The notes beneath the pieces were generated by a model. It was not told where the DNA came from and ran no database searches. It was given only the letters and a program-made list of their open reading frames with translations. Of a stretch of DNA of 64,000 nt, positions 44,520 to 55,378 are shown piece after piece. The stretch's first letter is position 1. Each line of letters begins with the position of its first letter. The position numbers were made by a program, and so were the translations under genes. The stretch is from a bacterium (GTDB lineage Bacteria; SAR324; NAC60-12): NCBI GenBank assembly GCA_965205865.1, contig CBDBHR010000029.1, positions 1 to 64,000 on the forward strand, written 5' to 3'.

Positions 44520-45345
44520 ATGAATCAGAGCAAGATCGATGCAGTCGCCGATGCCATGGCCGATGCCTACCGCAATGGTGGCGCCGTGGCCGAACTGGCC
44601 GAAGCATTATTGCCGGTAAACTGGCAGGAAGCTTATCAGGTCCAGGATGCGCTCGATGAGCGCATGGGCTTTGAAGTGGCGGGTTGGAAAATAGGCTGTA
44701 CCAGCCGGGCCCAAATGGAGGAATTCGATATGGACCATCCGCCGTTTTTTGGCCGCGAATACCGTAATTTTAACCTGAGTTCGACATAAATCTTCAATAA
44801 TATGAGTATCCTAGTGTATATGTCATCCTCGCGAAACTTGTCCCCGCGAAAGCGGGGAGCGGGGATCCGGATTTCAGTCTGGCTGCATATCTCCGGATTC
44901 CTGCTTTCGCAGGAATGACAAGCTTTCTCTAAGATATGAAGATTCCATAACATATTGAATTTATTAAATTCTTATCTCGAAATCAGGTTAATTTTACCCA
45001 ACACAGCCCGGCGCGCTTCCGGATTGCCGATTTTCGCCACGCCCCGATGATCGAAGGGGAGTTTTCCTTTCGCCTGGGCCGCGATCTGCCGCCCCGCGAA
45101 CAGGCCTACAGCCAAGCCGAAGTGCGCGATGCCGTCACTGACGTCGTCATGGCCATCGATGCGGTCGATACTCGTTGGAGCACGCATCATTTCGAGTTGA
45201 ATATGTTCCTGGGCAATGCCGACAACGCCAATGCGGGTGTTTTTGTCATCGGCGATGTGCTTGCGGGCTGGCAGACCCTCGACCTGACCACGCTGCCGGT
45301 CGAGGTGTACGTCGACGGCAAACACGTTCAGGAGACCATCCTCAG
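44520..45345 (+). pseudogene. Second hydratase paralog, MITE-interrupted and 3'-truncated
   Basis: AYQVQ and GWKIGCTS motifs. Rejoins in frame to IEGEFSF...DTRW...ADNANAG after MITE removal. Then runs into an IS1380-like scrap (GVQPTYKKVKGF). Confidence 0.85.
44772..44989. mobile_element. MITE family F (218 bp) carrying a REP-like doublet
   Basis: TIR AACCTGA(G/T)TTCGA(C/G)ATAA (16/18). Target duplication AATTTT at 44766-44771 and 44990-44995. Confidence 0.92.
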
Positions 45346-45789
45346 GGGCCGCCATGGCGTCCAGCCGACTTACAAGAAGGTCAAAGGATTTCATCCCCTG
45401 CATGTGAGCAGCCGACAAGGCTGTGGATTTTTGAGAGTGAAAGTCTCTCTGTCGTCAGTTTCCCATTTGGGCGACTAGCATATCCGGTGCGTTTAGCAGG
45501 TAACTGCTTTGCGTTCTGCCCGGAAGTAAAGTCACCGTCTGCTTTGGACGAGAGTTCATAGTGGGAGCCAACAGAGTGGCGAGCAAAACAGGAGGCCTGT
45601 TAAAGCGTCCTTGCTTGAAAATCCCATGCCGTATTTGATAGATCTCGAATCCTATTGAAATATGACACCATTCTGAAGAAGAGAAAGGATCTGGGGGGGT
45701 TACCGTGTTAATTCTGAACATTTGAAATCGTTGAAGGAAGGCGCTATGATTGGAGACAGTCAGCCATTCATTCGATCTCCACTCTTAGT

Positions 45790-46125
45790 TTGAGAAATCC
45801 CATGAGCGTCAATCTGCCAAAACCTGATGAACTGAACATCAATTCCTTGGAAGAGTCTGTAGAAATCATCCGATTGCTTCTTCTGAAAATTAAAGAAATT
45901 GAAGAGTGGGAACCAATTCGTGATCGAGGGTTGGTAGAAGAAATCATCCATCTGCGCCAGGAAACCAGAGAGGGATTTACAGCCGTGGATAAACGGTTTG
46001 AAAAATTAGAAGATAAAGTAGATGAAAACACGCTTGCTGTTAAATCCCTGGAAACCGTCATGAAGGGTGGTTTTGACAATGTGGGCACGATATTACAAGA
46101 GATTTCAAATAAATTGGATAAATGA
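45790..46125 (+). CDS. Hypothetical coiled-coil protein
   Basis: Heptad-like ETREGFTAVDKRFEKLEDKVD segment. Function unknown. Confidence 0.6.
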   Translation: MRNPMSVNLPKPDELNINSLEESVEIIRLLLLKIKEIEEWEPIRDRGLVEEIIHLRQETREGFTAVDKRFEKLEDKVDENTLAVKSLETVMKGGFDNVGTILQEISNKLDK

Positions 46126-46398
46126 TTCTCCCCAATCTTTTCAAGTAAAAGAAATGGCACTTTATATATTGGAGTGACCAATGACCCTCTTAAAAGAGTT
46201 TATGAACATAAAAAAAATCTCATAGAAGGATTTACCAGTAAATACCAAGTACGTCAATTGGTATACTATGAGACCACTTCAGAGCTAACAGCTGCTCTCC
46301 GGAGAGAAAAACAACTTGAGAAATGGAAACGAGCTTGGACAATCGAACTCATTGAGAAAAATAATCCTCAATGGATAGATTTATATGAAACGTTTTAG
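46126..46398 (+). pseudogene. Small GIY-YIG nuclease, N-terminus lost
   Basis: SKRNGTLYIGVTND...RVYEHK...FTSKY...LVYYE...REKQL.KW.R.W...NP.W.DL. An in-frame TGA lies just upstream and the first YVY strand is missing. Confidence 0.85.
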
Positions 46399-46494
46399 TC
46401 ACCCTGGATCGCTAGCAAAGTGGATTCCTGGTCTTCGCCAGGAATGACAACTCGATGAGACGCATAACTGCAAAAATTGTTCACGTAACATCAG

Positions 46495-47077
46495 TAAACA
46501 AGTCAAATGTTCTTGGGAAGGAACGCTTTTTTCCACCACCAATCTCATCTACATTGTCTTTCATCTGCTCATCACGCTGGCCGCTTACAGTTTGTTTGTT
46601 TATTATAACGGCACCAAAGCGGGAAAACGCTTCTCCCAAAAAACCATTCAGCAGGCCAAACGTGAAGAAGGCCATCCCAAAAACATTCGTATTATCCTGG
46701 TGGCCTGGGGATGTTTTGTCATCTTGAGACCGGTTGAACTGGTCTGGTGGCTACTCCATGTGCCTGAGAATGCTCAACAAAAATTGAAACAGCAAATTGA
46801 ACCCTGGGTCCAAGACACCAGCGATCTGTGGCCTTTTGAGTTCCCTTGAGTGAACCAAGACTCATCCAACCACAGCCTGCATCTCCTCTATACAAAACAG
46901 GGGATCGCTGTGTCCGCAATGCAACCAAAACAGAGCATTCCTCCTCGCTTGGGAAATATGGGAAAGGAATTTTCTGCTCAAAAGGCCATTGAAAACAAAA
47001 TCATCGTTCTCAGGCAAGGATGAAAAAATTACCACTAACGATGAAACAGAAAAATAAGGAACCTTTCCGAATCACAG
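46495..47077 (+). mobile_element. 3' fragment of the IS at 27547-29394
   Basis: Near-identical inverted copy ending in CCTTTCCGAATCACAG. Confidence 0.9.
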
Positions 47078-47472
47078 TTGGTTGAAATATTCCCCTTGAA
47101 TTTAAGAAATATACTAATATACTGACCGCTTGTTAAAACTGTTACCATGGAAATTCTTACCAACTGGTTCAAGGGGTAAGCATTGGGCATCGACTCACTA
47201 ACACATCGGGACCACGGTTCCAAAGTCGCGGTTTCCGTGTTCCACGACGATTTGCTGCAATGGGTGAGCGCAGGACGGAAACAAGGACCTCGAATTCCTC
47301 GAGTTTCTTCTGGACCGGGTCAGGGAGTTCGAGGCCGGCATACTCCGGCTGTTACAAGAGTTGGGCCGCCTAAAAGGTTTCCAACCGCCCGAATCGTAAA
47401 TCTGTCTATAAAATCAACGGAAGTTTCGGCAGCATGGACCATTTAAAACTCAGATAAGAAAGGAATCTTGAT

Positions 47473-49611
47473 TTGGATGCAATCGTATTATGGATCATTG
47501 TATTGGGCATTTCAGGTCTGGTAATCGCTCTGGTTTATGCCCGAAAAACGGTGACCATTCCCATTGATGAGGGTGTAGAATCGCCGGAGCAAGCCGAACA
47601 GTTGCGTTCCATTCATGGGGCCATCGCGGACGGGGCCATGGCTTTTTTATCCCAACAGTACCGCTATCTCGCAATTTTTATCATCGTTTTTGCCCTGGTC
47701 ATCACCTTTTTGATCGACGATCCTCACACAGTGGACATCCATGAAGGCGTATATACCGCCATTGCCTTCGTGCTGGGCTGTCTGATATCTCTCATTTCCG
47801 GATTCATCGGGATGAAAATTGCAACGGCGGGAAATGTACGGGTCACTGTTATGGCGAGAATCTCCATCGAAAGAGCTTTCAACATCGCCTTGAGATCCGG
47901 TGCAGTGATGGGATTTGCTTTAGTAGGTTTGGCGGTGCTTGGTTTGATTCTAATATACGTGATATTGCATGCAATCCTGCCTGATTTGGATACGCATATC
48001 TTGATGGAAGTCATCGCAGGGTTTGGACTGGGAGGTTCTTCCATTGCGCTGTTTGCTCGTGTTGGCGGTGGAATTTTTACAAAAGCGGCAGATGTGGGAG
48101 CGGATCTGGTGGGAAAAGTGGAACAGGGGATTCCTGAAGACGATCCGAGAAATCCTGCCGTAATTGCTGACAATGTCGGGGATAACGTGGGGGACGTCGC
48201 CGGGATGGGTGCCGATTTGTTTGGCTCCTGCGCAGAAAGCACTTGCGCCGCTTTAGTTATCGGAGCAGTCGCCTTTGCCGCCAATCTTCAGGCGCTGCTT
48301 TATCCCATCCTGATTTCTGCCATCGGCATTCCGATCAGCCTGCTCACCCTCTTGGTCATCCGGGTGAAGCAGGAAAGCGATGTCGCCCCTGCTCTCAAAC
48401 GCATACTGCTGATTGCCAGCGCCTTGATGGCCATTGCCATTTTCTTTGTCACTTTGTGGCTGCTGCCAGATTCTTTTGAGATCAATGGCGTTGCTTATAC
48501 AAATCTCGGTGTATTTTGGTGTTTCCTTTCAGGGCTCACTGGAGGATTGGTCATCGGGCTTTTTACCGAGCGATACACCTCCCATGATTACAAACATGTT
48601 CGTGAAGTTGCTAAATCTTCTGAAACCGGTGCTGCAACGAATATTATTTTCGGCCTGGCATTGGGATATTTCAGTTCCGTACCGGCAATACTGGCAATCG
48701 CAATCAGTGTCTTCATTTCCTTTCAGTTAGGAGGCATGTATGGCGTGGCAATCGCCTCTTTAGGCATGCTGGGCACCTTGGTCGTGGCCCTTACCATCGA
48801 TGCTTATGGACCTGTAGCCGACAATGCCGGCGGCATCGCCGAAATGGCGGGAATGGGAAAAGACGTACGTGATCGCACGGATTTACTGGATGCGGCCGGT
48901 AACACGACCGCTGCCATTGGCAAAGGTTTTGCCATTGGTTCGGCAATCTTGACGGCGCTGGCGCTGATCACCGCATTTTTAACGAGGGCCAATTTATTGG
49001 ATCCGGAGGCTCGCATTTTGGAAAGCATCAATTTGATCGATCCCTTGGTATTGACTAGTTTGTTTATCGGAGCGGTTTTGCCTTTCTTTTTTTCAGCCAT
49101 GACCATGAAATCCGTAGGTAAAGCAGCCTACGACATGATTGAAGAAGTCCGGCGACAATTCAAAACAATTCCAGGCTTGATGGAAGGGAAAGCGACTCCT
49201 GACTATCGCAAGTGCGTGGAAATTTCCACTGCGGCCGCTTTACGGGAAATGATACCTCCCGGGATTTTGATCTTTGCCACCCCCTTGACAATTGGATTTT
49301 TATTTGGCATTCCCGCCGTAGCAGGTATCCTCATCGGCTCCCTTGTATCCGGAGGGGTCTTGGCAATTGCTTCTGCCAATTCCGGCGGTGCCTGGGACAA
49401 TGCGAAGAAATTTATCGAAACCGGCCAATTGGGAGGAAAAGGCTCTGATGCTCATAAAGCAGCCGTTGTTGGAGACACCGTAGGAGATCCTTTCAAAGAT
49501 ACTTCCGGACCCTCCCTGAATATCCTGATTAAACTTTCGGCTATTCTGAGTCTTGTGTTTGTGCCTTTCTTTGTCCAATACGGAGGCATACTTACTGACT
49601 TTATAAAATAA
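47473..49611 (+). CDS. hppA: Membrane-bound ion-translocating pyrophosphatase
   Basis: [41 protein letters not shown] and [10 protein letters not shown] motifs. Confidence 0.97.
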   Translation: MDAIVLWIIVLGISGLVIALVYARKTVTIPIDEGVESPEQAEQLRSIHGAIADGAMAFLSQQYRYLAIFIIVFALVITFLIDDPHTVDIHEGVYTAIAFVLGCLISLISGFIGMKIATAGNVRVTVMARISIERAFNIALRSGAVMGFALVGLAVLGLILIYVILHAILPDLDTHILMEVIAGFGLGGSSIALFARVGGGIFTKAADVGADLVGKVEQGIPEDDPRNPAVIADNVGDNVGDVAGMGADLFGSCAESTCAALVIGAVAFAANLQALLYPILISAIGIPISLLTLLVIRVKQESDVAPALKRILLIASALMAIAIFFVTLWLLPDSFEINGVAYTNLGVFWCFLSGLTGGLVIGLFTERYTSHDYKHVREVAKSSETGAATNIIFGLALGYFSSVPAILAIAISVFISFQLGGMYGVAIASLGMLGTLVVALTIDAYGPVADNAGGIAEMAGMGKDVRDRTDLLDAAGNTTAAIGKGFAIGSAILTALALITAFLTRANLLDPEARILESINLIDPLVLTSLFIGAVLPFFFSAMTMKSVGKAAYDMIEEVRRQFKTIPGLMEGKATPDYRKCVEISTAAALREMIPPGILIFATPLTIGFLFGIPAVAGILIGSLVSGGVLAIASANSGGAWDNAKKFIETGQLGGKGSDAHKAAVVGDTVGDPFKDTSGPSLNILIKLSAILSLVFVPFFVQYGGILTDFIK

Positions 49612-49649
49612 AGTTCGATTCCCTCTTTTCCTGCAGGTAGCACTACAGG

Positions 49650-50921
49650 TCAACGGACGTGCTGCAGGGCGTTCTCCAAGATTGCCAATCCCTCCTCCAA
49701 CTCCTTTTTCGTAATATTGAGCGCAGGAAAAATGCGGATGGCGTTACCCTGGGTTTGCCTGACGAACAAGGCATGCTCCTGGCAATAATTGCTGACGGCA
49801 GTGGCTGTCTTTTCTTCCTTGAATTCCAGGAGCAGCAACAATCCTTTTCCGCGAATATCCGAAATCATCTCAGTATTTTCTTGCTGCCAACTTCTCATAC
49901 GCTGCAAGGCAAGTCGGCTCATCGACGCCACGTTTGAGGAGATGTCATGATCGAGTAAATATTTGATCACTCCATGGGAAACTGCGCATCCAAGGGGATT
50001 TCCACAATAAGTGCCCCCATGATCTCCTACCTCGAATTGCGCTGCCACTGCTTCGGAAACCGCAAATGCTCCCAGGGGAAATCCACCAGCCATGCCTTTG
50101 GCCATGGTAAAAAAATCTGCTTCCATGTCCAGGGAGTCGATAGCGAACATCGGACCTGTCCTGCAGAATCCTGTTTGGATTTCATCGACAATCAGCAGGC
50201 TGCCATTGGCTTTGCAAAGCCTGGATACCGATTCCAGGTAACCTTCAGCAGGGACTTGTACACCGCCTTCTCCCTGGATCGGCTCCAGGATGACAGCCGC
50301 TACTTGAGGATCCAATGCCTCTTCCAGGGTGGGAATATCATTAAAAGGGATGAATTTGTAATTGGGCATCACCGGATTGAATTTTGCGCGATGCTGTGCC
50401 TGTCCTGTCGCGGATGCCGTACTGATCGTCCTCCCATGGAAACTCTGATTGGTGGAGACAACATCTGTTCTTCCCGTGACTTTGCGCGCCATTTTCAGTG
50501 CGGCATCATTGGCTTCCGCACCGCTATTGGAAAAGAAGACCCGTGTCAGGTTACCAGGTAAAATCTGTTGTAAGAGTTCCAGCAATCGCGCCCGTGCCGG
50601 TGAGTAGGTCAAACCCGAATTGGGATTCTGAATGATCTTCCGCCCTTGCTCCTGCAAGGCATTGGTGATGACAGGATTGGCGTGCCCAATGGAAGTCACT
50701 CCCCATCCTGAAGTAAAATCGAGGTATTTGCGGTTGTTTTCATCCCAAACGTAGACTCCTTCTCCACGCGTGATGGAAATAGGAATTTTATTGAAAAAAG
50801 ATGGGGAGTGCTTGTCTTCAATTTCCATAGTTCTTGTAGTCGTCATTGTATCCCTGTTCCTTTCCGTACTTCGTTTGATTACGGATGTTTGAAAATCGTC
50901 ACTCTGCTGCGATTCGTTCAT
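49650..50921 (-). CDS. argD: Acetylornithine aminotransferase (class III)
   Basis: NSGAEAN, SFHGRT, EPIQGEGG, DEIQTG, TMAKG and HGGTYCGNP motifs. The start may be ~50846. Confidence 0.85.
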   Translation of the reverse strand: MNESQQSDDFQTSVIKRSTERNRDTMTTTRTMEIEDKHSPSFFNKIPISITRGEGVYVWDENNRKYLDFTSGWGVTSIGHANPVITNALQEQGRKIIQNPNSGLTYSPARARLLELLQQILPGNLTRVFFSNSGAEANDAALKMARKVTGRTDVVSTNQSFHGRTISTASATGQAQHRAKFNPVMPNYKFIPFNDIPTLEEALDPQVAAVILEPIQGEGGVQVPAEGYLESVSRLCKANGSLLIVDEIQTGFCRTGPMFAIDSLDMEADFFTMAKGMAGGFPLGAFAVSEAVAAQFEVGDHGGTYCGNPLGCAVSHGVIKYLLDHDISSNVASMSRLALQRMRSWQQENTEMISDIRGKGLLLLLEFKEEKTATAVSNYCQEHALFVRQTQGNAIRIFPALNITKKELEEGLAILENALQHVR

Positions 50922-51188
50922 TCAAGTGGCTGTATCCAACAATCCAAATTTCCTGAAAAAAGCTTCAAAATGAGTGAAATTGTAGCAAAGGGTTGGAATA
51001 TAAACAAGGGGCTCCCTCGTGATTACCAAAATGGGATTCCGCTGAAAAAAGTTGTGGTGCCGGAATAGTTGAAATTTATCTTAAGTATCATGCGCAAACA
51101 ATGTATGATGCTCTAAAAAATGAACTCGCTCCTCCTTACAAATTAGAAATGGTGTTTTAAGAGCACTTTTTCGGCAACGGTTATTGAA

Positions 51189-52373
51189 ATGAAACCATTG
51201 GAGATTCCGGCCCCCAACCAAGTTCTTTCGTGGGTCAATCATGAATTGGGCAGTGATGAGAGCCGTATGATCCGGAACATGGCCAGCCTGCCATGTATTT
51301 TCAAACATATCGCCCTCATGCCGGATGCCCATCTGGGAAAAGGGGCTATGGTGGGTTCCGTGATTGCCACAAAAGAGGCGATCATTCCTGCAGCAGTGGG
51401 AGTGGACATCGGCTGTGGGATGATGGCCAGGAAGTTGCCCTTCAAGGCATCGGCGCTGGAGGGGAAATTACACGATCTGCGCCTCGCCATCGAATCCAGA
51501 ATCCCGCTGGGGTTCGAAGGAAACAAACGCGTCGAGAGACCCGTGGATCAATGGAGGGGATGGAAACGCTTCAATGACCTCCATCCCGGAGTGCGGAAAA
51601 AAAGTGAAAAAGCCCTCTCCCAATTGGGATCATTGGGTGGAGGGAACCATTTTATCGAAGTTTGCGTCGATTACGAATCAGCAGATCCTCATGTTTGGTT
51701 GATGCTGCACAGTGGCTCGCGTCATATCGGAAATGCGCTGGCAATTTGTCATATCAGCACGGCCAAACATCTTCGTAAATTGATGGAACAACCCGTTCCG
51801 GACCCCGACTTGTCCTACTTCGTCCAGGGAACCGCAGAATTCAACGCCTATTGGCGGGATCTCCAATGGGCGCAGAAGTATGCTTTCAAAAATCGTGAAG
51901 TCATGATGGAGCGCCTGATGGGTATCATGGCCAGATATTTGAACGACAGGGAACCCTTCGCAGTGGATTTATCGGTCAATTGTCATCACAACTATGCCAG
52001 TCTGGAACACCATTTTGGTAAAGACGTTTATATCACGCGCAAAGGGGCGGTTGCCGCAAACACGGACGATTATGGGATCATTCCAGGGTCGATGGGAACC
52101 AAATCGTACATCGTACGAGGAAAAGGCAACCCGCAAAGTTTTTACTCCTGCAGCCATGGAGCAGGTCGCAGCATGTCCAGAAATCAGGCTAAAAAACGCT
52201 TTTCCATCAGGGATCTGGAGCAGCAGACCTCAGGAGTGGAATGCCGCAAGGACAAAGGCGTTCTCGATGAAATTCCAGGCGCCTACAAAGACATTGACGC
52301 GGTTATGGAAGCACAGGCCGACCTGGTGGAAATCGTTGCCTGTCTCAAACAAGTCCTTTGTGTAAAGGGATAG
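51189..52373 (+). CDS. rtcB: RtcB RNA-splicing/repair ligase
   Basis: MPDAH.G, VGVDIGCG, GGGNHFIE, HSGSR, HHNY, RKGA, PGSMG, SHGAGR and DEIP.AYK motifs. Confidence 0.96.
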   Translation: MKPLEIPAPNQVLSWVNHELGSDESRMIRNMASLPCIFKHIALMPDAHLGKGAMVGSVIATKEAIIPAAVGVDIGCGMMARKLPFKASALEGKLHDLRLAIESRIPLGFEGNKRVERPVDQWRGWKRFNDLHPGVRKKSEKALSQLGSLGGGNHFIEVCVDYESADPHVWLMLHSGSRHIGNALAICHISTAKHLRKLMEQPVPDPDLSYFVQGTAEFNAYWRDLQWAQKYAFKNREVMMERLMGIMARYLNDREPFAVDLSVNCHHNYASLEHHFGKDVYITRKGAVAANTDDYGIIPGSMGTKSYIVRGKGNPQSFYSCSHGAGRSMSRNQAKKRFSIRDLEQQTSGVECRKDKGVLDEIPGAYKDIDAVMEAQADLVEIVACLKQVLCVKG

Positions 52374-52375
52374 CG

Positions 52376-53488
52376 ATGATCTTTTTTCGCTATATCTTTA
52401 TTCAATTACTGATTCCCTACGCCATGGGAGTGGTGATTCTGACCTTCGTTCTTTCACTGGATAGCCTCTATCAGTTGATCAATCTGCTTGTCAGCAAGGG
52501 CGGAGGCAGTAGTGTTTTCTGGCTTGTTTTGTATCGGATGCCCCAATTTTTTGCGTCGACTCTGCCATTGGCGGTCGTAATTGCAGTGATTGTGGTGATG
52601 GCACGACTCTCCATGGATCTGGAAATAACAGCGATGCGGACTATGGGAAGCGGTATTCGAACATTCGTTCAACCAGTCTTGGTTTTTGGTTTGCTGATCA
52701 CGGGAATGACATATTTTGTGACTTTATGGGCCCAGCCGATGGGTTACGCTGCATTTGAAAAAGAAAAAATGAAATTGCTTCGCTCCCATGCTTCCAAACA
52801 AATCCAGCCCAAAGTGATCAATCAAGACTTCAATGGCAAAATCCTTTACGTGGATGGCAAATCAAACAGTGAACAACTCTTGGGAGTGTTTATTGCAGAC
52901 CGGGAACTCAAAAAACAGTCCATGGTTATCATGGCCGATCATGGAAAAATCGCTTTGAAGGAAGAAGAACAAGAGATGAAACTGAAACTGTTTGACGGCA
53001 CTATTCATCTCACGCCAGGAAACCCTGAGATTCACCGCACTGTGACTTTCAAGGCACTGGATTATATTTTTGATGCGCCAGGCGTCCCCGAAGTAAACTC
53101 CAGTATTTGGGGAGTGCCGACACACGAATTGCTCAATTTCGAACGAAAAAAATCCCTCTTGGAATTGCTGCTTCGGCTGACGACTCCTTTGGCAGGAGTA
53201 GCATTCGCCCTCGCTTCCATTACCCTGGGCATCACTGATCCCAGAAGCGGACGTACCGGTTCCTATTTGCGCGCCGTGATCCTGGTCATTGTCTATTACA
53301 TCTTGTGGTTAGGAGCCAAAAACTTATCATCCAGGAATATTGTTTCCCCCCATATTTTATGGGGACCTCCTGCGATCATCCTCACCTACGGCTTCTATAC
53401 GCTATATAAACTGCACTACAACCTAGAACGTCTACCCGCGGTTTTTCAACACTTGTGGTCGAGCAATTCAAAATTCAATCCCTCGTGA
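52376..53488 (+). CDS. lptF: LptF/LptG-family LPS export permease
   Basis: RYI N-terminus, TLPLA...RLSMDLEITAMR..G, periplasmic domain and PRSGR motif. Confidence 0.82.
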   Translation: MIFFRYIFIQLLIPYAMGVVILTFVLSLDSLYQLINLLVSKGGGSSVFWLVLYRMPQFFASTLPLAVVIAVIVVMARLSMDLEITAMRTMGSGIRTFVQPVLVFGLLITGMTYFVTLWAQPMGYAAFEKEKMKLLRSHASKQIQPKVINQDFNGKILYVDGKSNSEQLLGVFIADRELKKQSMVIMADHGKIALKEEEQEMKLKLFDGTIHLTPGNPEIHRTVTFKALDYIFDAPGVPEVNSSIWGVPTHELLNFERKKSLLELLLRLTTPLAGVAFALASITLGITDPRSGRTGSYLRAVILVIVYYILWLGAKNLSSRNIVSPHILWGPPAIILTYGFYTLYKLHYNLERLPAVFQHLWSSNSKFNPS

Positions 53489-53621
53489 ACACGAGAATAA
53501 AAGGCATCGTTTTTGGTTTTGAAAGGGTCTCAATTAATCATTTTCTCGGAGTGAGTATTTACTCAACCACAAAAAGGGGCTCTGTCTGAGCCATAATGAA
53601 TATCTCTATCCCTCAAAATCC

Positions 53622-54647
53622 TTGATGAAATTTGTCGATTCTGTAAAAATTCAGGTGCGTTCCGGCAACGGAGGGGCAGGTTGCAGTTCCTTTCGACGCG
53701 AAAAATACGTACCACGAGGAGGTACGGATGGCGGGGATGGGGGCAATGGAGGCAATATCATATTCCGTGGAGATCCTCATAAAAATACATTACTGGATTT
53801 GTCATTCAATCAGCACCAGCATGCTGAAAACGGACTGGCAGGAGCCGGGAAAAATCAGCATGGGAAAAATGGGCAGGATCGCCGAATTCCGCTTCCTTTG
53901 GGGACGATAGTCAAAAATTCTGAAAGCGGAGAAACACTTTTAGAAATCATAGAAGCGAAATCCTACCTTTTTTTGGAAGGTGGAAAGGGAGGCGCCGGCA
54001 ATACCCGGTTTAAGTCTTCGACCAATCGGGCTCCCGAATATCATCAGCCTGGAAAAGAAGGACAGGAGCTTTGGGTGCGTTTGGAAGTGAAATTGATGGC
54101 TGATGTGGGATTGGTTGGTTTGCCAAATGCCGGAAAATCCACCTTCATCCGTACCATCTCTCACGCCCATCCCAAGGTCGCAGACTATCCTTTCACTACT
54201 CTCATTCCCAATCTTGGAGTGGTCCGAACAGAAAACTTTGAAACATTTGTGGTGGCGGATATTCCGGGAATCATCGAAGGAGCCCATGCCGGCAGCGGCT
54301 TGGGAGATCGTTTTTTGCGTCATATCGAAAGAACGTCGATTTTGGCAATTTTGCTCGATGTTACAGGATTTTCAAAGCATTCCCCCTTAGATACCTACCA
54401 TATTCTGCTCAATGAGCTGCAATTGTTCTCGTCGTTGCTCAAAAAAAAACCACGATTGATGATTCTGACCAAGCTCGATGCGGTTTCTGATCATGCGGAA
54501 CTACAGATGCTTGTGGAAAAACTGGAATCACTGGGAGAAACAGTTTTTACAATTTCAGCGGTGACCGGGAAAAATTTACAGCCGCTATTGCAGTTCCTGG
54601 CAAAATCAGTTAAGAAAAATAAAACCAAAGTAAGCTCGGTTCCCTGA
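53622..54647 (+). CDS. obgE: GTPase ObgE/CgtA
   Basis: FRREKYVPRGG.DGGDGG, GLPNAGKS, YPFTTL, DIPG and FLRHIERT motifs. Confidence 0.97.
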   Translation: MMKFVDSVKIQVRSGNGGAGCSSFRREKYVPRGGTDGGDGGNGGNIIFRGDPHKNTLLDLSFNQHQHAENGLAGAGKNQHGKNGQDRRIPLPLGTIVKNSESGETLLEIIEAKSYLFLEGGKGGAGNTRFKSSTNRAPEYHQPGKEGQELWVRLEVKLMADVGLVGLPNAGKSTFIRTISHAHPKVADYPFTTLIPNLGVVRTENFETFVVADIPGIIEGAHAGSGLGDRFLRHIERTSILAILLDVTGFSKHSPLDTYHILLNELQLFSSLLKKKPRLMILTKLDAVSDHAELQMLVEKLESLGETVFTISAVTGKNLQPLLQFLAKSVKKNKTKVSSVP

Positions 54648-55247
54648 TTTCGCAAAAACCATTTTGTGAGAGATCATCCCCAATCCTTTCTCTGTTCAAA
54701 GCAATCCTCCCAATCCCTTTCCAGCCAACAATTAAAAAAAAATCAATCGCCTCCTTAGGAACAAACCTTAAATAACCTGTAATTCTTCCAATCGTGTGAG
54801 CAAAATTGGGGGATATGTACACCGCTGCGCATCCCAACTCTACTGTTTTATGCCTGCTGTTACGTGTCCCCTAATTTTGCGAATCCATACTTCTAACTTA
54901 TTTAAATTTCATTCCTTAGCAGACTTCATCGATTTTATTTTATAATTTTTTTTGCGAATCCTGCATTTTTTCATCCAGAGCTTGAAGCTGCGTAGTAGTG
55001 CTAAAATCATGCCTTGTTGTTTTGGGGAAGGAGAGGTTTCCCACTCGTTCGATTCAAAATTAGCTGTGGGAAGGTTCCTGCTCGATCGATTGAACAATAT
55101 CGTGAGAGAACGTGAAAGCGATGGATCCTCCCGGGAATCTTTTTCAACGTTATTGAACTGAACGGCTTCTGACTGTCCCCGGATTTGAGCGGATTTATTG
55201 ATTTCTATTTTTTTTTGCGAATCCTGCATTTATTTTACCTCAGGGGG

Positions 55248-55276
55248 TTGACATTGTGTTGTTGTGCTAGTATCGT
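55248..55276 (+). promoter_or_regulatory. Sigma70-type promoter TTGACA-17-TATCGT
   Basis: Consensus -35 and spacing. Upstream of the SBP gene. Confidence 0.55.
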
Positions 55277-55378
55277 GCCTTCACTGAGTTGTTTTAGTGA
55301 ATGAGAGGGTTCCCGATCGATGGAACAATATCGCAAGAGGAATTGAAAACGATCGATCCTCCCCGGGAATCTTTTTTA

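Noticed and set aside
47170-47400. Riboswitch/ncRNA upstream of hppA
   Set aside because: Several hairpins are possible, but no known motif is recognisable. One frame reads as a protein tail (DLEFLEFLLDRVREFEAGILRLLQELGRL...stop), so a gene remnant is likelier.
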